DNA of 64,000 nt from positions 1,369,525-1,433,524 of the forward strand of contig MU059972.1 of assembly GCA_013265495.1 (NCBI GenBank), read 5' to 3'. Position 1 is the stretch's first letter. Each line of letters starts with the position of its first letter. The notes below the pieces were generated by a model. That model was not told the origin of the DNA, made no database searches, and was given only the letters and a program-made list of their open reading frames with translations. The position numbers and the translations under genes are program-made. Below are positions 24,771-36,600 of this stretch, one piece after another. This DNA comes from Vicugna vicugna. Lineage: Eukaryota.

Positions 24771-25809
24771 GCATTTGTGGGTACTCATAGGAAGAGATTC
24801 CCGAGCTGTAGGCCATTCCCAGAAATGTTATTCCTGCTTGCTGGTCCTGCTTTTCTTTGTGCTTTTCTTGTGTGCTGGGCTTACCGCTGCTCATCGTTTT
24901 TCTTCTCTGTGCTCGCCTCTGACTTCTGAGTTGTTTACAACGAGGAAGAATTCCTGTGGTCCTCCAAACACAAAACCATGGAGCTGTTTTCATTCGGAAA
25001 AGAAAACGCTTTACCGTGAGTTTCCTGCCCACTTTTCTTTTGCCAATAATAAAACGCGATTCGGGGCAGTAACCAGCTACCCAGCCTTGGGCAACCTTGC
25101 TGAGTTAGAGGCTCTTCCGATTTAGCCCTGGGGCTCTGCTGAGACTGGTCACTGGGTTCCTTTGCAGGAAAAGTGCCTTAAAGAAAGTCCCCGAAACCAC
25201 AGAAGGTGTGCCCTGGGAAGATCCTGATACTGGAGTGAGGTCTTACCTGTTCAGGTGTGAGGAGGAGTCTCAAGAGATTGGAAGAATTGCTCAGCAAAGT
25301 TATGTAGCTGGAAAGAGTCAAAAGTGGGGTTTGGAATCCCAAACACCTGGGTCTAGAGTTCAGCGCCCGCTCACATGTAGCCCAAATTCAGTCCTGGGAT
25401 GGAGTAAGGAGGGGAGCTCTGGATGTGGGACTGAATGGGTGGGTGGATTTACCGTTGCCAGAGATGTGGGACGCTGGCAGCACTGCGGCTGTGGAGCCTG
25501 CCCTGACCAGCGGCTTTTGTAACTGCTCACGGGGGCCCCTTGTGTAGTTCCTCCTCGACCCCACACACCTTTCTCTGCTTCACAGAGGCACTTCTGGGTT
25601 CCCAGCTCCTGCTGGCAAGAGACTGAGTTTAGGGGTGAACTGGAGTCCTGGGAACAGGGCTCAGAGGATTTTGGGGGGTGGGAAGGAGCAGGGCCCAGCA
25701 CCCCTATGCAGTCCCACCACAACCCGGTGAGGAATCCACCCAGACCTGGGACAAGCCACTGCCATGCGTTCTGGGCAAGAAATTTAAGGACCAGGAAGTG
25801 ATGTCAGTA

Positions 25810-27112
25810 AAAATTCACTTAAGTGAAATTAACCATTAACCATTTTAAAGTGTACAATTCAGTGGCATTAAGTGCATCCACAATGTTGTGCAACCGTCAC
25901 TAACTGGTTCCGGAACTTTATCATCACCCTTTTAGCTGTCACTCCCCTTCCTTCCTCCCCCTCCCGTCAGCTCCTGGCAACCTTGTCTCCTGTCTGTCTA
26001 CTGATGTGCCTGTTCTGGATGTTTCGTAGAAACGGCGTCACATACAACAGGTGACCTTTTGTGCCTGGCTTCTTCCACTCAGCACAATGTTTTCGAGGTT
26101 CATTCATGTTGTAGTGTTTCAGTACTGCACTCCTTTTTATTATTAAACTTTATTTTTTTTTTAGAGAAAATTTCAGTTCAGGGCAAAATTGAGCAAAAAG
26201 TACAAATTTCCTGTGTATCCTCTGACACCCCCCGAACCTCCCCGCCATCAGCATCCCCCACCAGAGTGGTGCCTTTGTTACAGTCAATGAACCTGCACTG
26301 ACACCTCAGCATCAGCCGAGGTCCCGCGTCCACGTTAGGGCTCAATCTCGGTGTCGCACATTCTGTGGATTTGGACAAATGTGTAACGACACGTATCCAT
26401 CATTACCGTGTTGCACAGAGTTGGCTCACTGCCCTGAAAAGTCTCTGCCCCACCTGTTCATCCCTCCTCCCAGCCCCCCACAAACTGATCCTTATGTCTC
26501 CACAGTTTTGCCTTTTCCAGAGTGTCACATGGCTGGAGCCACACAGTAGGAAGCCTTTCCAGATTGACTTCTGTCACTTGGTCACATGCATTTAAGTTTC
26601 CTCCACGTCTTTTCACGGCTTGACAGATCACTTCTTTTTAACCCTGAACAATATCTCGCTGTCCGGGTGTGTCCATTCACCTACTGAAGGACGTCTTGGT
26701 TGCTTACAGATTGCCAGTTACAAGTTGGCAGTTACGAATAACGCTGCTCTAAACATCCACGTGCAGGTTTTTGTGTGGACGTAAGTTTACAACTCCTCTG
26801 AGTAAACACCAAGGGGCACCATTAGTTTGTTGCATGATACAAGCACGGTGAGTTTTGTAGGAAACCACAAATGCCTCCCAAAGTGGCTGCACCATCTTGC
26901 ATTCCCACCAGCAGTGTAGGAGGGTTCCCTTTTTCTCCACACCTTCTCCAGCATTTATTATTTGTAGACTTTTGAATGATAGCCATTCTGGCTGGTGTGA
27001 GGTGATACCTCATGGTAGTTTTGAGTTGCATTTCTCCGATAATTAGTGAGATTGAGCATTTTTCATGTGCCTGTTGGCCATCTGTATGTCTTCACTGGAG
27101 AGCTGTCTATTT
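25810..27112 (-). mobile_element. L1 3' end plus ORF2 C-terminal relic (L1MB/L1MC-type, with a younger-looking ORF2 patch)
   Basis: The minus-strand peptide [35 protein letters not shown], then after a frameshift [16 protein letters not shown], is the L1 ORF2p cysteine-rich C-terminus. It is preceded by L1M 3'UTR sequence. Confidence 0.85.
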
Positions 27113-28319
27113 GGGTTGAAGCCATATCATTTTCTCCGTGTGTGTGTCTCTCTATCTCTGTCTCTCTAAGTCTCTCTCCCTCCCCACCCTTCCCATCTCT
27201 AGGCTCCATTTTCTCTCCATTCTTGGGCAGGATCTCAGAAAGGGTTCCCAGCAACTGCAGACAGTGCCTGTTTTAGCAGTTAAATAATCCCTGGGGAGAG
27301 CCTCTTTCCCTGTAATCCCAGCTCTCCTTCCGGTTGGCCGAGCCCGAGATACATCAGGGCGGGGAGAGCGGCCCGCTGGTGGGGGAGGGCAGTCCCCCGG
27401 GGAAACTCAGGTGCCGTCACCAAGTGAGAGGGGCCAGGTGGCAGGCAGACCCCATCAGCGTTTGCCCCGTGGCGAGTCTCCCTGGGCAGTGAGCAGTGAT
27501 GGGGACGTGGGTGTCTGTCCAGTGGAGGCTCTGTTCTCCCAGCAGCTGTTGATTCAGACTTTTCGGAAGAAGAGGCTGAGTGTGTCTCAGTGGAAGAGGA
27601 GAAAATGTTTCCCTTGGGCTCCCAGGCAGCCCTGATTCATTGGTTCTCATTGGACTAAGGACGTGGTACAGTGGAGCCAGGCAGGTGGTGACCATCAGCG
27701 CAGCCCTGCGGGTTTTTACATTCCTGTAAACACCAAGTTTCCACCATGAAGCATCCCCTCGGACTCCTCAGGTCAGGGAAACGGGTTTACACATCCATAA
27801 AATCAATAAAAGTGCAGGCCGGAAATTGTGGTGTCCAGAAGCCAGCAGAGAATCAAAAGGATTACTGTGAATGGAAGTCCTGCCGAAACGTCCATGTGTT
27901 TTTGCCCAGTGTGAGTTTTTTTCCCTTTTCTGTTTTTTTTTCTTTTTTTCAACTAGAATTTCTTTATGTATACTGTACGTATCTTTTGGGATCTTGTACT
28001 TGGGAGAGCATTTGGTTTCATTAAACATGAATTTGAATTTCTATCATATAGGAATAAAGCCCTATTTAAAGAGTGCTGCCAGGAAATTTGGGAGGGGATG
28101 TCATAGAAAGGTGGGCTCCAAACTTCTGTGATTACACCCTCATTTCAGCAGAAAGATTTTGAGCGTGCCCCTCCAATGCATGTGTATTTGCGTATGAATC
28201 ATATCCAAGTATCAGATACTAATAGGCTCTATGAAATGTGAAAAATAGAAGCTATACCAGGCGAGGGAGGAAATAAAAATAGTAATGCCAGTCTTTTCTT
28301 CCTGCACTTTGAAGGATGT

Positions 28320-28603
28320 GTCCAAAATCTGATGCGGTGGGCCAGCTAGCTGGAGACCCTGGAGGGTGTCACAGAGCTCAAAGGCAGACTGCTGGCAGAA
28401 TACCTTCGGCCCAGGGGAAATCAGTCTTTGTTCTGTTAAGGACTTCAACTGATTGGACGAGGCCCACCCACATTATGGAGGTTCCACTGATTTAAGTGTT
28501 AATCACATCCAAAAAACCACCTATCCTGAAAAGTCCAGAGTAAGTTTGACCCAATATCTGGGCACCATGGCTCAGCCAAGCTGACACAAAATACACCATC
28601 ACA
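28320..28603 (-). mobile_element. MLT2 (ERVL) LTR fragment
   Basis: TTCAACTGATTGGACGAGGCCCACCCACATTATGGAGG...GACCCAATATCTGGGCACCATGGCTCAGCCAAGCTGACACA...CCATCACA. Confidence 0.8.
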
Positions 28604-28809
28604 AACCCACATGAGGCATTTCCAATTCCCACGAGAATTACAGATCATAGGAAGCCCACTAATTGGTGTTTTATGTGCAAAGGAGGTAGTCAAAAATTAG
28701 AAGATGTCGGGTTGAATAAACATGAGGCTCTTTGGCTCAAAATATTAGTTAAGTGGGTGGGAGCAGGACTTGGTACAACCTCCCGGGAGAGCAACGTGGC
28801 CTGTGTGTC

Positions 28810-29240
28810 AACAGTTTCAATGCATTCTCTTTTGACCCATACACATCACACCTGGGAAGTCCATTCAAAGATGTTCAATGAGGTGTTATTTATAAGACAA
28901 AAAAAAATCCATGTGTAGGGGGAGTGATTTGATAAATGATGGCATCTCTTTCAATGAAATGCTGTATTTAAAGAAAGCTATCTACACTGATGGAAAAAAA
29001 ATATTCATGACAATTACTGAGTGACCACATGCATGCCTTCTACATAGGGTATGATTATTTCCTGTATTAAAAAAAAAAGTGATCTACACACATCCAGGCT
29101 TACATATCATGGAAATTTCCAGAAAGAGCCACAAGAAACTGCTGTGTTCAGTCTGTGAAAGACAGACTCTTACTTTCACCTTTGAACCCCTTGAAGTGTT
29201 CTCCATAACATGCGTGCATATGGGTTTATATTTATTTTCA
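28810..29240 (+). mobile_element. L1ME-type ORF2-end / 3' relic
   Basis: Degenerate CAAAGATGTTCAATGAGGTGTTATTTATAAGAC...GATAAATGATGGCATCT...AATGAAATGCTGT pattern. Confidence 0.5.
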
Positions 29241-29529
29241 CTGGCAGGGAGGCTAGTGCCTACCGTCACAGTGACTGAGCTGATGTCTGAGCCGGCTGCA
29301 ACAGTCTCCAGGACGAGCTGGTTGGTGGGGTTTTCTAAGGAAAGCAGGCTCCTGCCCTGTGGCTGCAGGGAGCACAGGGAGACCCCAGGCCCACGGGGAT
29401 GGCCAGCGAGGCCATCTGCCTAAAGTGGGGGGCTGAAGCCAGCAGGGCAGTGAGGTGCTGAGGACACCCTCCTGAGACCCCAGGGGGCCTGCGGAGCGTC
29501 AGCCCACCGACCTGTCGTCGCGGGACCTG

Positions 29530-29710
29530 CCACATGGTGCTGGGCACGCAGTAGTGGAAGTGGTATCATCTAAATGCGTTACTCAACAGCAATCCACTAG
29601 ACCCTCACGACAACACAACAGAGAAAGGGCTGGTGTGGCCCCACTTCATAGACGAGAAAACCGAGGCCAAAGCCAGTGAATGAGTGAGTGGATGGATGGA
29701 TGGATGAAGC
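29530..29710 (-). mobile_element. MIR fragment followed by a (GGAT)n / L2-tail-like repeat
   Basis: CCCCACTTCATAGACGAGAAAACCGAGGCC, then GAATGAGTGAGTGGATGGATGGATGGATGAA at 29678-29708. Confidence 0.6.
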
Positions 29711-30556
29711 CACCCAAGAGTGGTACATTTCTAAAATGACTCCGGGGGAAGAAAAGCACGTATATTCTAGAGCTGGGTTTTGTTGCCTGCAACCCAGACA
29801 GTCAAACTCATGGGCCTGTCAGAGAATCGGGCGAAACCTGCAGACCAATCCCCGCGTCCCATCAGTGGCATTCTTAGGTCCTCAGGCTCCCACAAGTGGA
29901 CCCAGTGTCCGGGAGCCCTGTCTTGTGGGGTTTCTAGACCTAAGAATTCAGGATTCTGTGATAAATTATGATCTCCCTACTCCCTCGAAGCTTATAAATT
30001 TAAAACCACCCCCCCTAAAAAAAAATTACAGAACCATTCCATCTGAACCCTGTCGTCTCCATGTCATATACAGAAAGTATCTGGGGGAAAAAAACAAGAA
30101 AGGAAAGGCAGTGTCCGGGGAATAGACTGCTGTGGAGTCCAAAGCCAGGTTTTGCTGTCCGACATCTGCAGTTTTTACAAGTTGTATGGCCCGGGTGACC
30201 ACCTAATTTATTGTCCAAATGTGGGCACTTCTATGTGTGAAAGGAGTACGTTAGTACTTATGCGGAGGCAGGAGGCACAGCCTAGCAGTGTCCCAGCCAA
30301 CCAGGTCACATCACCTTGGGCAGAACGAGTTCCTGTTGGGTTGTGTCTGTTTTGTGGAGAGGGGGATGGGCTATCTCCCAGGAGCCCTGGGCAGAGAGGG
30401 GCACCTGCTCACTGGCCCCACCAGCCTGCAGCTTTGGCTGATTCCTGTCCCTGCACCTCTGAACCCACCATCCTCTGGAAGTACACCCACAGCATGGTCT
30501 TGAGGGGCCCCGGTTGGAGGGTGGCACAGCCCCGAACCAGATCACGCCCAAGATCA

Positions 30557-30569
30557 GGGACTTTGGTCT
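30557..30569 (-). promoter_or_regulatory. Candidate HNF4A DR1 site upstream of CA5A
   Basis: AGACCAAAGTCCC on the minus strand carries a CAAAGTCC core, about 350 nt upstream of the ATG of a liver-expressed gene. Confidence 0.4.
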
Positions 30570-30916
30570 GTTTGCTCTTGTCTCCTCCCAGGTCTGGCCA
30601 CGGGCTCTCCACAAGGTTCCCCTCAGTCCCTGGTGCCCTCACTCCACTGTTTACTGGATCAAAGCATGGTGACCCGAGGGGCTGGCCACAGTGAGGGCCA
30701 CTTGTCCCAATGCACCCATCCCAAGCCAAACCCCAGGTCATCCAAGAGGCCAGGGCAGGCATGGGTTGAAATTTAACCATCAGGCTCAGGGCTCTGGGTG
30801 AGTTTTTAGAAAAAGAGGCGGATCCATCCTGCTCCTCGGCTGTCCTGACCACAGGGAGGACAGATCGTAGGAAAAACCTCCCTCCTGTTATTGGGTCCCT
30901 GGGGGACAGACACAAG

Positions 30917-31073
30917 ATGCTCAGGACCCCGGTGTTGGGCGGGAGCCATACGGAGTCCTCAGGTCTCTCCATCCTGGTCAAGCAGACGTGGGGAGCCCTC
31001 CGCAGTCACTGGCTAAGGCCAGAGCGATCATGCTCGCTGGGTCCCTGTGCAGAGAGAAGCAAGAATAACGCGT
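30917..31073 (+). CDS. CA5A: CA5A exon 1 (157 nt coding), mitochondrial transit peptide MLRTPVLGGSHTESSGLSILVKQTWGALRSHWLRPERSCSLGPCAERSKNNA-
   Basis: ATG in the context cacaagATG; donor T|GTAAGT at 31074. The phase 1 end joins exon 2 in frame (T+TG=Leu). It aligns with the recalled human [20 protein letters not shown]. This ORF is too short to appear in the supplied track. Confidence 0.88.
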
Positions 31074-31559
31074 GTAAGTAGAGCTTGGAGTTTCCCCAGA
31101 TACAATTTGATGTTTGTCTCATTTTCTGGTGTCTTTCAAAATGGGAGACGGTCGGGAAGCAGACAGTTTGGGTTCAGACTTCCAGCTTGTCTTTCCCGTG
31201 GGAGATGAGGGCCAGTCCTTAGCGTCAGATTCACGGGGCCATCAGGAGGGCGAGATGCTCGAAGCAAGGCAGGTAGCAAGCACCCCCTGGCCCTGAGACA
31301 AGCTCCTGTTTCTCGGCATCCAGCCCCGACGAGCCATGCCCGGCTGGCATCAGGCTCCAAACCCCAGCAGGGGACTTCAGCGAACACGGTAAGTAGGGCA
31401 CCCGCCAGCTCCATCCAGGGACTGCCCTGCACCGGCCTCCTGGCAGAGGTGACCTTGAACTCCTCCCACCGCTCTCTGGGCCTCAGGGTCTTCCTCTGTC
31501 ACATCCAAGCCCCGCCTGGACGGCTGAGCTCGCCATTGACATCAATATTCTGCACTTCC

Positions 31560-31770
31560 CAGGTTCGGGTGATTGAAAGAGCGGGGCTTCGGAGCCAGGC
31601 GCTCTGGGGGTGGGCAGCAGTGACACTTGTCAGTGGTGCAAGCTGGCCGCTCCACCTCCCTGAGCCTCAGTTTCCTCGTCTGTAAAACGGGATGATGAAA
31701 TGCCACACAGGGCCACATAAGGTGAAATGACGTGGGCGGAAAGCCTGGCACACACAGGGCTCTCGGCCAA
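31560..31770 (+). mobile_element. MIR in CA5A intron 1
   Basis: CCCTGAGCCTCAGTTTCCTCGTCTGTAAAACGGGATGATG...AAAGCCTGGCACAC. Confidence 0.8.
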
Positions 31771-33416
31771 TGCTGACGGCTCTTCCAGTTAATCCGTTGG
31801 TCTGCACCGGAGGTCCAGGCTGAAATCTCCACTCAGATCACAGGGTGATGTCTAGGAGCACCTTGGGCTCCACTCGGGTTCCCATTAGGCCAGACCTTGG
31901 GCCCCTGCTGGTGAGGGCAGCAGCCTGGGGTGTGCTGGCCAACACCCCCAGGTGAGCGTGGCCCCAGAAGCTGATGCAGGTCCCAGAGAGTAGGAGACCC
32001 AGGGGCCCTCTGGGACTCAGCACAGAGACAGACACCAGAGCCCTGAACTTCTGGTCGCCCAGCACTCAAAGGGGCCCTCAGGCCAGCAGCAGCCCCTGGG
32101 GGCCTGCGAGGCCTGCAGAACCTCAGGCCCCACCCAGACCTCCTGTAGGTTTCAAACCAGAGAGGACAGTGTGCTCGCAGAGGGAAAGCCCCTCACACCC
32201 CTGTTCCCAGCGGCGGCGGCTGTGGCCAGCTTAGTGCACAGCCTCTGGCTTCCCTTGAAGCCCACAGAAACAGCAAAAGTACCACTCAGTAGAGTGTGGC
32301 CATGCAGCTCGGCTTCCTTCACTTAAAATCAGGCAACAGGTGCTCCCTGTGCTCTGCAGACACAGCCCCAACCTCTCCCCGCTGCCTGCCACCCCAGGGT
32401 GACAGTCACCAGCCCTCAGCCTCACTCATTCACACGACCTGCATGGCCTCGGGAGGCCCCAGTTTTCCCCCTCGGGACCGAGGAAGACGACTGCCTTTGT
32501 ACCAGCCTAGCCTCTGCTCTGTGAATCTGTGCGAACTGGGTCTGTCGCATGGCTGGGTGCTCCTCACCCACCGTTAGCCAGACGACCATTCCCCATGTTC
32601 CTCTTCACCGTGACGCCCTCCAGCTCCCGGCTCTGTGCCACTCCCACCCCAGCTCACCCTCAAATCCTGGTGTAAAGTATTTCTATGTTTGTGTATCAAA
32701 ATAAAGGATTGCCTTTAGCAACGTGTCCACCTTCGTAGCGAAGGCAGACACGAATCTAAGGGTGGAATTTCAGGCTTTGAGCGGCCTTTGGTGGAGGGCT
32801 GGGGGTGGCCCTCAGGGTCCACAAAGAACAGAGAAAAGCCTGCCAGGTCTGGGCAGCAGCCTAGAGCAGCAGAAACCTCGAGCCAAGGGGGTGAGGGTCC
32901 ATTCTGCTTAGTTTTCTTGCTGCTGGAGTGGTCTCTCCTTCTTGTAGGGAGCTGGAAGGGTGACTGTGAACTGGCCCCGTGGCCACAATGTCAGCCAGAG
33001 GGGTGGGATGTGCCTGGAAGAGAAGTTCCGACCCGCTCTGCCCTCGGCCCCCCTCCTCCACCGCCTGCCTCCCCGGGTCTGGGTCTGGGCTGGACCCAGG
33101 GGGCCTGACTTCTGGTGGCCACACGGTGACAATGACCATGGGTCAGAACCAACTCAGTGCGGCGCCACTCGGCCAAGGCGAGCTGCAGTCCAGGTGGAAA
33201 GGAACAAGGTTCTGGCAGCATCTGCAGAGGAGATGAGCGAGGGTCTGCCCGTGGGCGGGGTTGAGAGGCTGAGCGGTCTGGGGCCCCAGGCTTGCACTGG
33301 GCCAGCTTCCTGAGCACAGCGCTGGCTCCCTGGGGACCCCATTGGTGAGGTTTCTGCCTCTGAGGCCGGAATGATGCCACCCGCCTTCAGGGTCTCCCCT
33401 TCCTTCTCTGCCCCAG

Positions 33417-33614
33417 TGCACTCCCTCTGGAAGGGCCCGGCCTCTGTGCAGGGGGGCGCCCGGCAGTCCCCCATCAACATCCGCTGGAGGGACAGCGTCT
33501 ACGACCCCCGGCTGAAGCCCCTCAGGGTCTCCTATGATGCGGCGGCCTGCCTGTGCGCATGGAACACTGGGTACCTCTTCCAGGTGGAATTTGACGACTC
33601 CAGCGAGGGGTCAG
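33417..33614 (+). CDS. CA5A: CA5A exon 2 (198 nt): [24 protein letters not shown]...[18 protein letters not shown]
   Basis: Contains the alpha-CA RQSPINI motif and the CA V-type WNTGY (Tyr64). Acceptor ctctgccccag, donor CAG|GTGAGC. Confidence 0.97.
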
Positions 33615-36600
33615 GTGAGCCTGAGCTGGGGTTTGGGTCCCTTGGGTTCTGTCACTCCTGAGCGTATACACACTGTTCGGGGACAGAGAACAGGCAAGGG
33701 TGGTGACGGGGCGGGGGGTGCAGAGTGACGCAGACCACCTATGTTCCCGCCATCACTGGGGAAGGAACAATGCGCTAATAAAACAGAAGTATGTGTCACA
33801 GCAGGAAAAGAGCAGAACCGGTAGAGGAGAGAGGGGGTGGAGGGAGGCCTGAGGGGAGAGGAGGAGGGAGATCATGCTGATGCGGGGTGGGGGGGGGCGT
33901 CTGGAGCCTGGGAACCTCGCTGGTTCTTACTCAGAGTGACACAGGGCACAGTGACCTGGCTGGACGCCCAGCTATCAGAGGAGAGGAGCAGGGAGTAGGA
34001 ACCGAGCGGAGGCTGTCTGGGATGCTGGTGGCAGCGCCGGTCCAGCGCCAGTGGGCAGGGACATGGGAGAGAGATCCCAGAAGTCACTGAGCCCTTATTG
34101 GGTCCCAGCATCTTGCCAGGGGATCTACGTGGAACATCTCATTAAACCCTCACCAGGACAGGGTGGACACCCCACGGGGTTAGGAAGTTTCCTTCCACTT
34201 CTGTTTCACTTACTGGGACTGGCTGCTGGATTCCATCTGGTGTTTCTTTGGCACCTCGTGGTATCATCATAAGCCTTGTTTATGCCAAACATCTGTCTCC
34301 TTCTGGGCATTGGGAATTTACGAAAGAGGGTGCCCACGTGCTCAGCCCCTGTGAAAACCTGGGCACCAAGTGTCCTACAGGTGTCCCTGGTGGGCGACCC
34401 TCCACATGTGTCACAGCTCACTGCGGGGGATTCAGCGCAACCGGCAGGACAGATAAACTCCTATCCCCAGGGCCTTCAATCTGCCCCTGTGGCGGGGAGG
34501 CCCGCCTGACCCTGTGACCTGGCTCTGCTGTGACCTCTGTGTGGGTACTTCCACCACTGAGGGCTGGGATTGCTTAGAAATTCTCAGCCCCAACACGGAA
34601 GCCCTCTGAGCAGCCGGAATCCCGTGTGCCAGCCTGCTTGGCGCTGGGCAGAGGGACTTGACCACAAGCGAGGCCCAGACTGACCTGTCCCGATGGCTGC
34701 AGCAGTGGGCTCGAGAGACCTTTTTCCCTATGCCAGGCCCTGGCAGGTGCTTTGCACACATGTGGCTCAGACTTTTCAAGGGTCTCTTTCCTCATCTCCC
34801 AGGTAAAGAGGAGCCCGTGTTTCCTGGGCACAGCCTACATGCCCGGGACAGCTGTCACAGTGTCCTTTGGGGACGCTTCTCATGTAGGGTTCACCAAATG
34901 CAAGTGACAGGAACCCCAACCTGGGCCAAGAGAAGCAAAAGGCTCTTCTTAGGAGGATAAGATTAGCTCAAAGAGGAGAAGAGAGAGTTGGACATTGACC
35001 AGATCTTAAAAGGCACAGGAGCAAGCCAGCTCGGGGACGTGGGGACGGGCGGACCAGGGGTTTCTGCGTTTATTTGCTTGGTGTGCCAACTTCTGCCTCT
35101 GCTGGTCTGTTCCAAGTTCAGATTCCCAAAGAGCAACTATAATTGGTTTTTCAGGTTTAATATGGTACGTATTTTTTTTTAATTTTATGCCATGACTTTA
35201 AAAGAGTGAATAAAGAGTAATAGTTCCTGCACTTTTAATTGGTTGGCTCACAGGTGCGGGAACGCACTAATTGCGAGAAAAGCAGTGATGGGTGTGGCCG
35301 AGCTGCTACAGAATCCATTCTTTTCCTGTGTGACTTCTATGTGCAGCCGTGAGCCTCGCTGATGTCTCTGCAGCAGATTTATTTTCCTTTAGGTCATAAA
35401 ATAGGAAACATTGTGAAGGTGACTTTGGACTTTTGCATGTGTATTGTTAAGATACATTTGATACAATCATTCAGATTCCAGGGGAGAGGGACAGGGGGCT
35501 GATCTTGGCACCCGCCCAGCCGTGCGTCCGTGGAGCACCCAGCACCCTGACCAAGATCCTCATCAGGACCACATACCCAAGGAGGTGTGGGTCCCAGGAG
35601 TAATCGTGGTGCTGCTTCTAGAAGGGGAGGGTATGCTACACAGACAGACGTGTAAACACGCCCTTTAGAGGCACCCCCATCAGATGAGTAAGAGCAGACG
35701 GCAGACAGACACAGCTGTAAAGAGCGTGGGCACCCTCGTTCTGTGCGAGGAGAAACAGAGGCTCCGTGGGGAGTGACTTACTCCAGGTGGAGGGCAGGGG
35801 AGCAGAGGGGTCTGCTTCAGACCCAACCCCCACTGATTCTGAAACCCACCACATCGCTGCAGCAGCTGTGCGCGGCCCCCGCCCCACTGCCAAGGGCTTC
35901 CCTTGCGCAGACCTAGTGTGAGATACACTTTAATCCCTGTTTGAGAGATGAGAGCCAGGAGGCTCAGAGACTCCTGGACAGAGGTCACAGCGCCCTCACC
36001 ACGGGGTCTCTGCTCTCCAAAGAAGGGACTTAAAGGAGCATAAACCCTCCGTGGGAAGAATGTGCGTGCAACACCCACGGAGAGCAGGTCGGAGGCCTGA
36101 ACTCAGGGGAGGAGACCCCAACATGGGGTGAGCGTGCCCGAGCTCACGCCAGGTCCTCAGGGTCCAGGCACGGCTCCTGGCTCGAGCCCAGCCAAGCCCG
36201 TGTGCGCGGGCCCGCCGGACGCGAGGGCAGGGGCGCTGAGGTCGGCCTGGGACGCCGTCCCTCGCCCACAGCAGGAAGCAGCCCACGCCAGGCCCGCCCA
36301 CAGGTGGCACGGGGACGCCCCGGCGACGCTTACAGGCTGTGGTTCTGCTCGGGTGTCTTACGGCCGCCAGACCTGGGAACCTGGATGTTCCCGTATCTGC
36401 GGGAGCTCAGGTCAGAGTTTGGGCTGGGAAACCAGACTACCGTGGCTGAAAGCATCCCCAGAATCACAAATCAAGGCCTCCTTTTGGTCAAGAATTTCAA
36501 CCTCCTGAATTTTGACCCAAAGCCCGAATCATAGGAGGGGGCGTGGCCAGTCGGAGCCCCCCTTTCCCTGGCTTCAGTGATTGGCCCAAAGTGGGCATGT

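Noticed and set aside
26749-27031. ORFs with reverse-transcriptase-element similarity
   Set aside because: Frameshifted L1 ORF2 C-terminal relic, not a host gene.
36483-36521. Imperfect hairpin with GGTCA/TGACC arms
   Set aside because: It needs two bulges, and the spacing fits no standard nuclear-receptor element.
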